A DNA stretch of 63,714 bases from Octopus bimaculoides (Eukaryota): assembly GCF_001194135.2 (NCBI RefSeq), contig NC_068988.1, positions 41,729,418 to 41,793,131 of the forward strand, in the 5' to 3' direction. Under the pieces are notes generated by a model. That model saw only the letters and a program-made list of their open reading frames with translations. It was not told the origin of the DNA and did not search any database. Below are positions 63,275 through 63,714 of this stretch, one piece after another. The position numbers and the translations under genes were made by a program. Numbering within the stretch: position 1 is the first letter of the stretch; every line of letters starts with the position of its first letter.

Positions 63275-63527
63275 TATTTCGTGAATCAACATTCTTGGAA
63301 CAAGCGAAGGTCGGCAGTATTTAAAAAAAATTATCGAAAATTCGGGTAATGCAAAAACAAGTACTGCTGTTACATGTGTTTGTGTGTGTGTGTGTGTGCG
63401 TGCGCGCGCGTGCATGAAATGTATATATTTATATATAAATTCATGCAGGTATATGTATATACATTCATACACACATATAAATACATATATATATATATAT
63501 ATATATGCACACACACACACATATAAG

Positions 63528-63625
63528 TAAAGAGTTCAGTCCCACTGCATGGGACCTTCAGCAAGTATCTCTTACTGTAGCTTTGAGATCGGATTTGGTA
63601 GGCGGAAACTAAAACAACCTCATTG
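63528..63625 (+). mobile_element. Family-B SINE fragment
   Basis: GAGTTCAGTCCCACTGCATGGGACCTTCAGCAAGTATCTC...GGATTTGGTAGGCGGAAACT. Confidence 0.7.
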
Positions 63626-63714
63626 TATGTGTATATATGTGTGTATGTGTGTGTGTGCGTGTGTGTGTGCGTGTGTGTATGTGTGTGTGTGTGTGTGTCT
63701 TTGTGTCAGAGTAT

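Overview
AT-rich eukaryotic sequence, dense in microsatellites, with many N gaps that are mostly flanked by (TA)n or (TG)n. I found no intact protein-coding gene, rRNA, true tRNA or CRISPR array. The long ORFs in the supplied track are artefacts of N-runs and simple repeats, or are retroelement remnants. The repeat content (three or four tRNA-headed SINE families, CR1-group, RTE, restriction-like-endonuclease R4/Dong and HERO LINE fragments, Penelope-like fragments, Tc1/mariner remnants) resembles an octopus or coleoid cephalopod draft genome; that species call is inference from recalled repeat sequences. The window reads as the inside of a very long intron or an intergenic region. The strongest observations are: (1) two + strand zero-length-exon motifs (branch point, polypyrimidine tract, AG|GTAAG) at 625/626 and 36862/36863, which match recursive-splicing ratchet points; (2) four SINEs separated by five copies of the same ~16-bp target sequence, with divergence increasing from left to right (10570-11455); (3) minimal type-I hammerhead-like motifs with a shared non-canonical core in a Penelope-like repeat (21656-21693, 29834-29870), plus a third copy that ends at the predicted cleavage site; (4) a ~750-bp foldback element made of two mariner 3' ends (47702-48453); (5) a ~2-kb cluster of the palindrome TGTCWGACA (39453-41498). 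All coordinates were read by eye; repeat boundaries are approximate to about +/-20 bp unless exact motifs are quoted.
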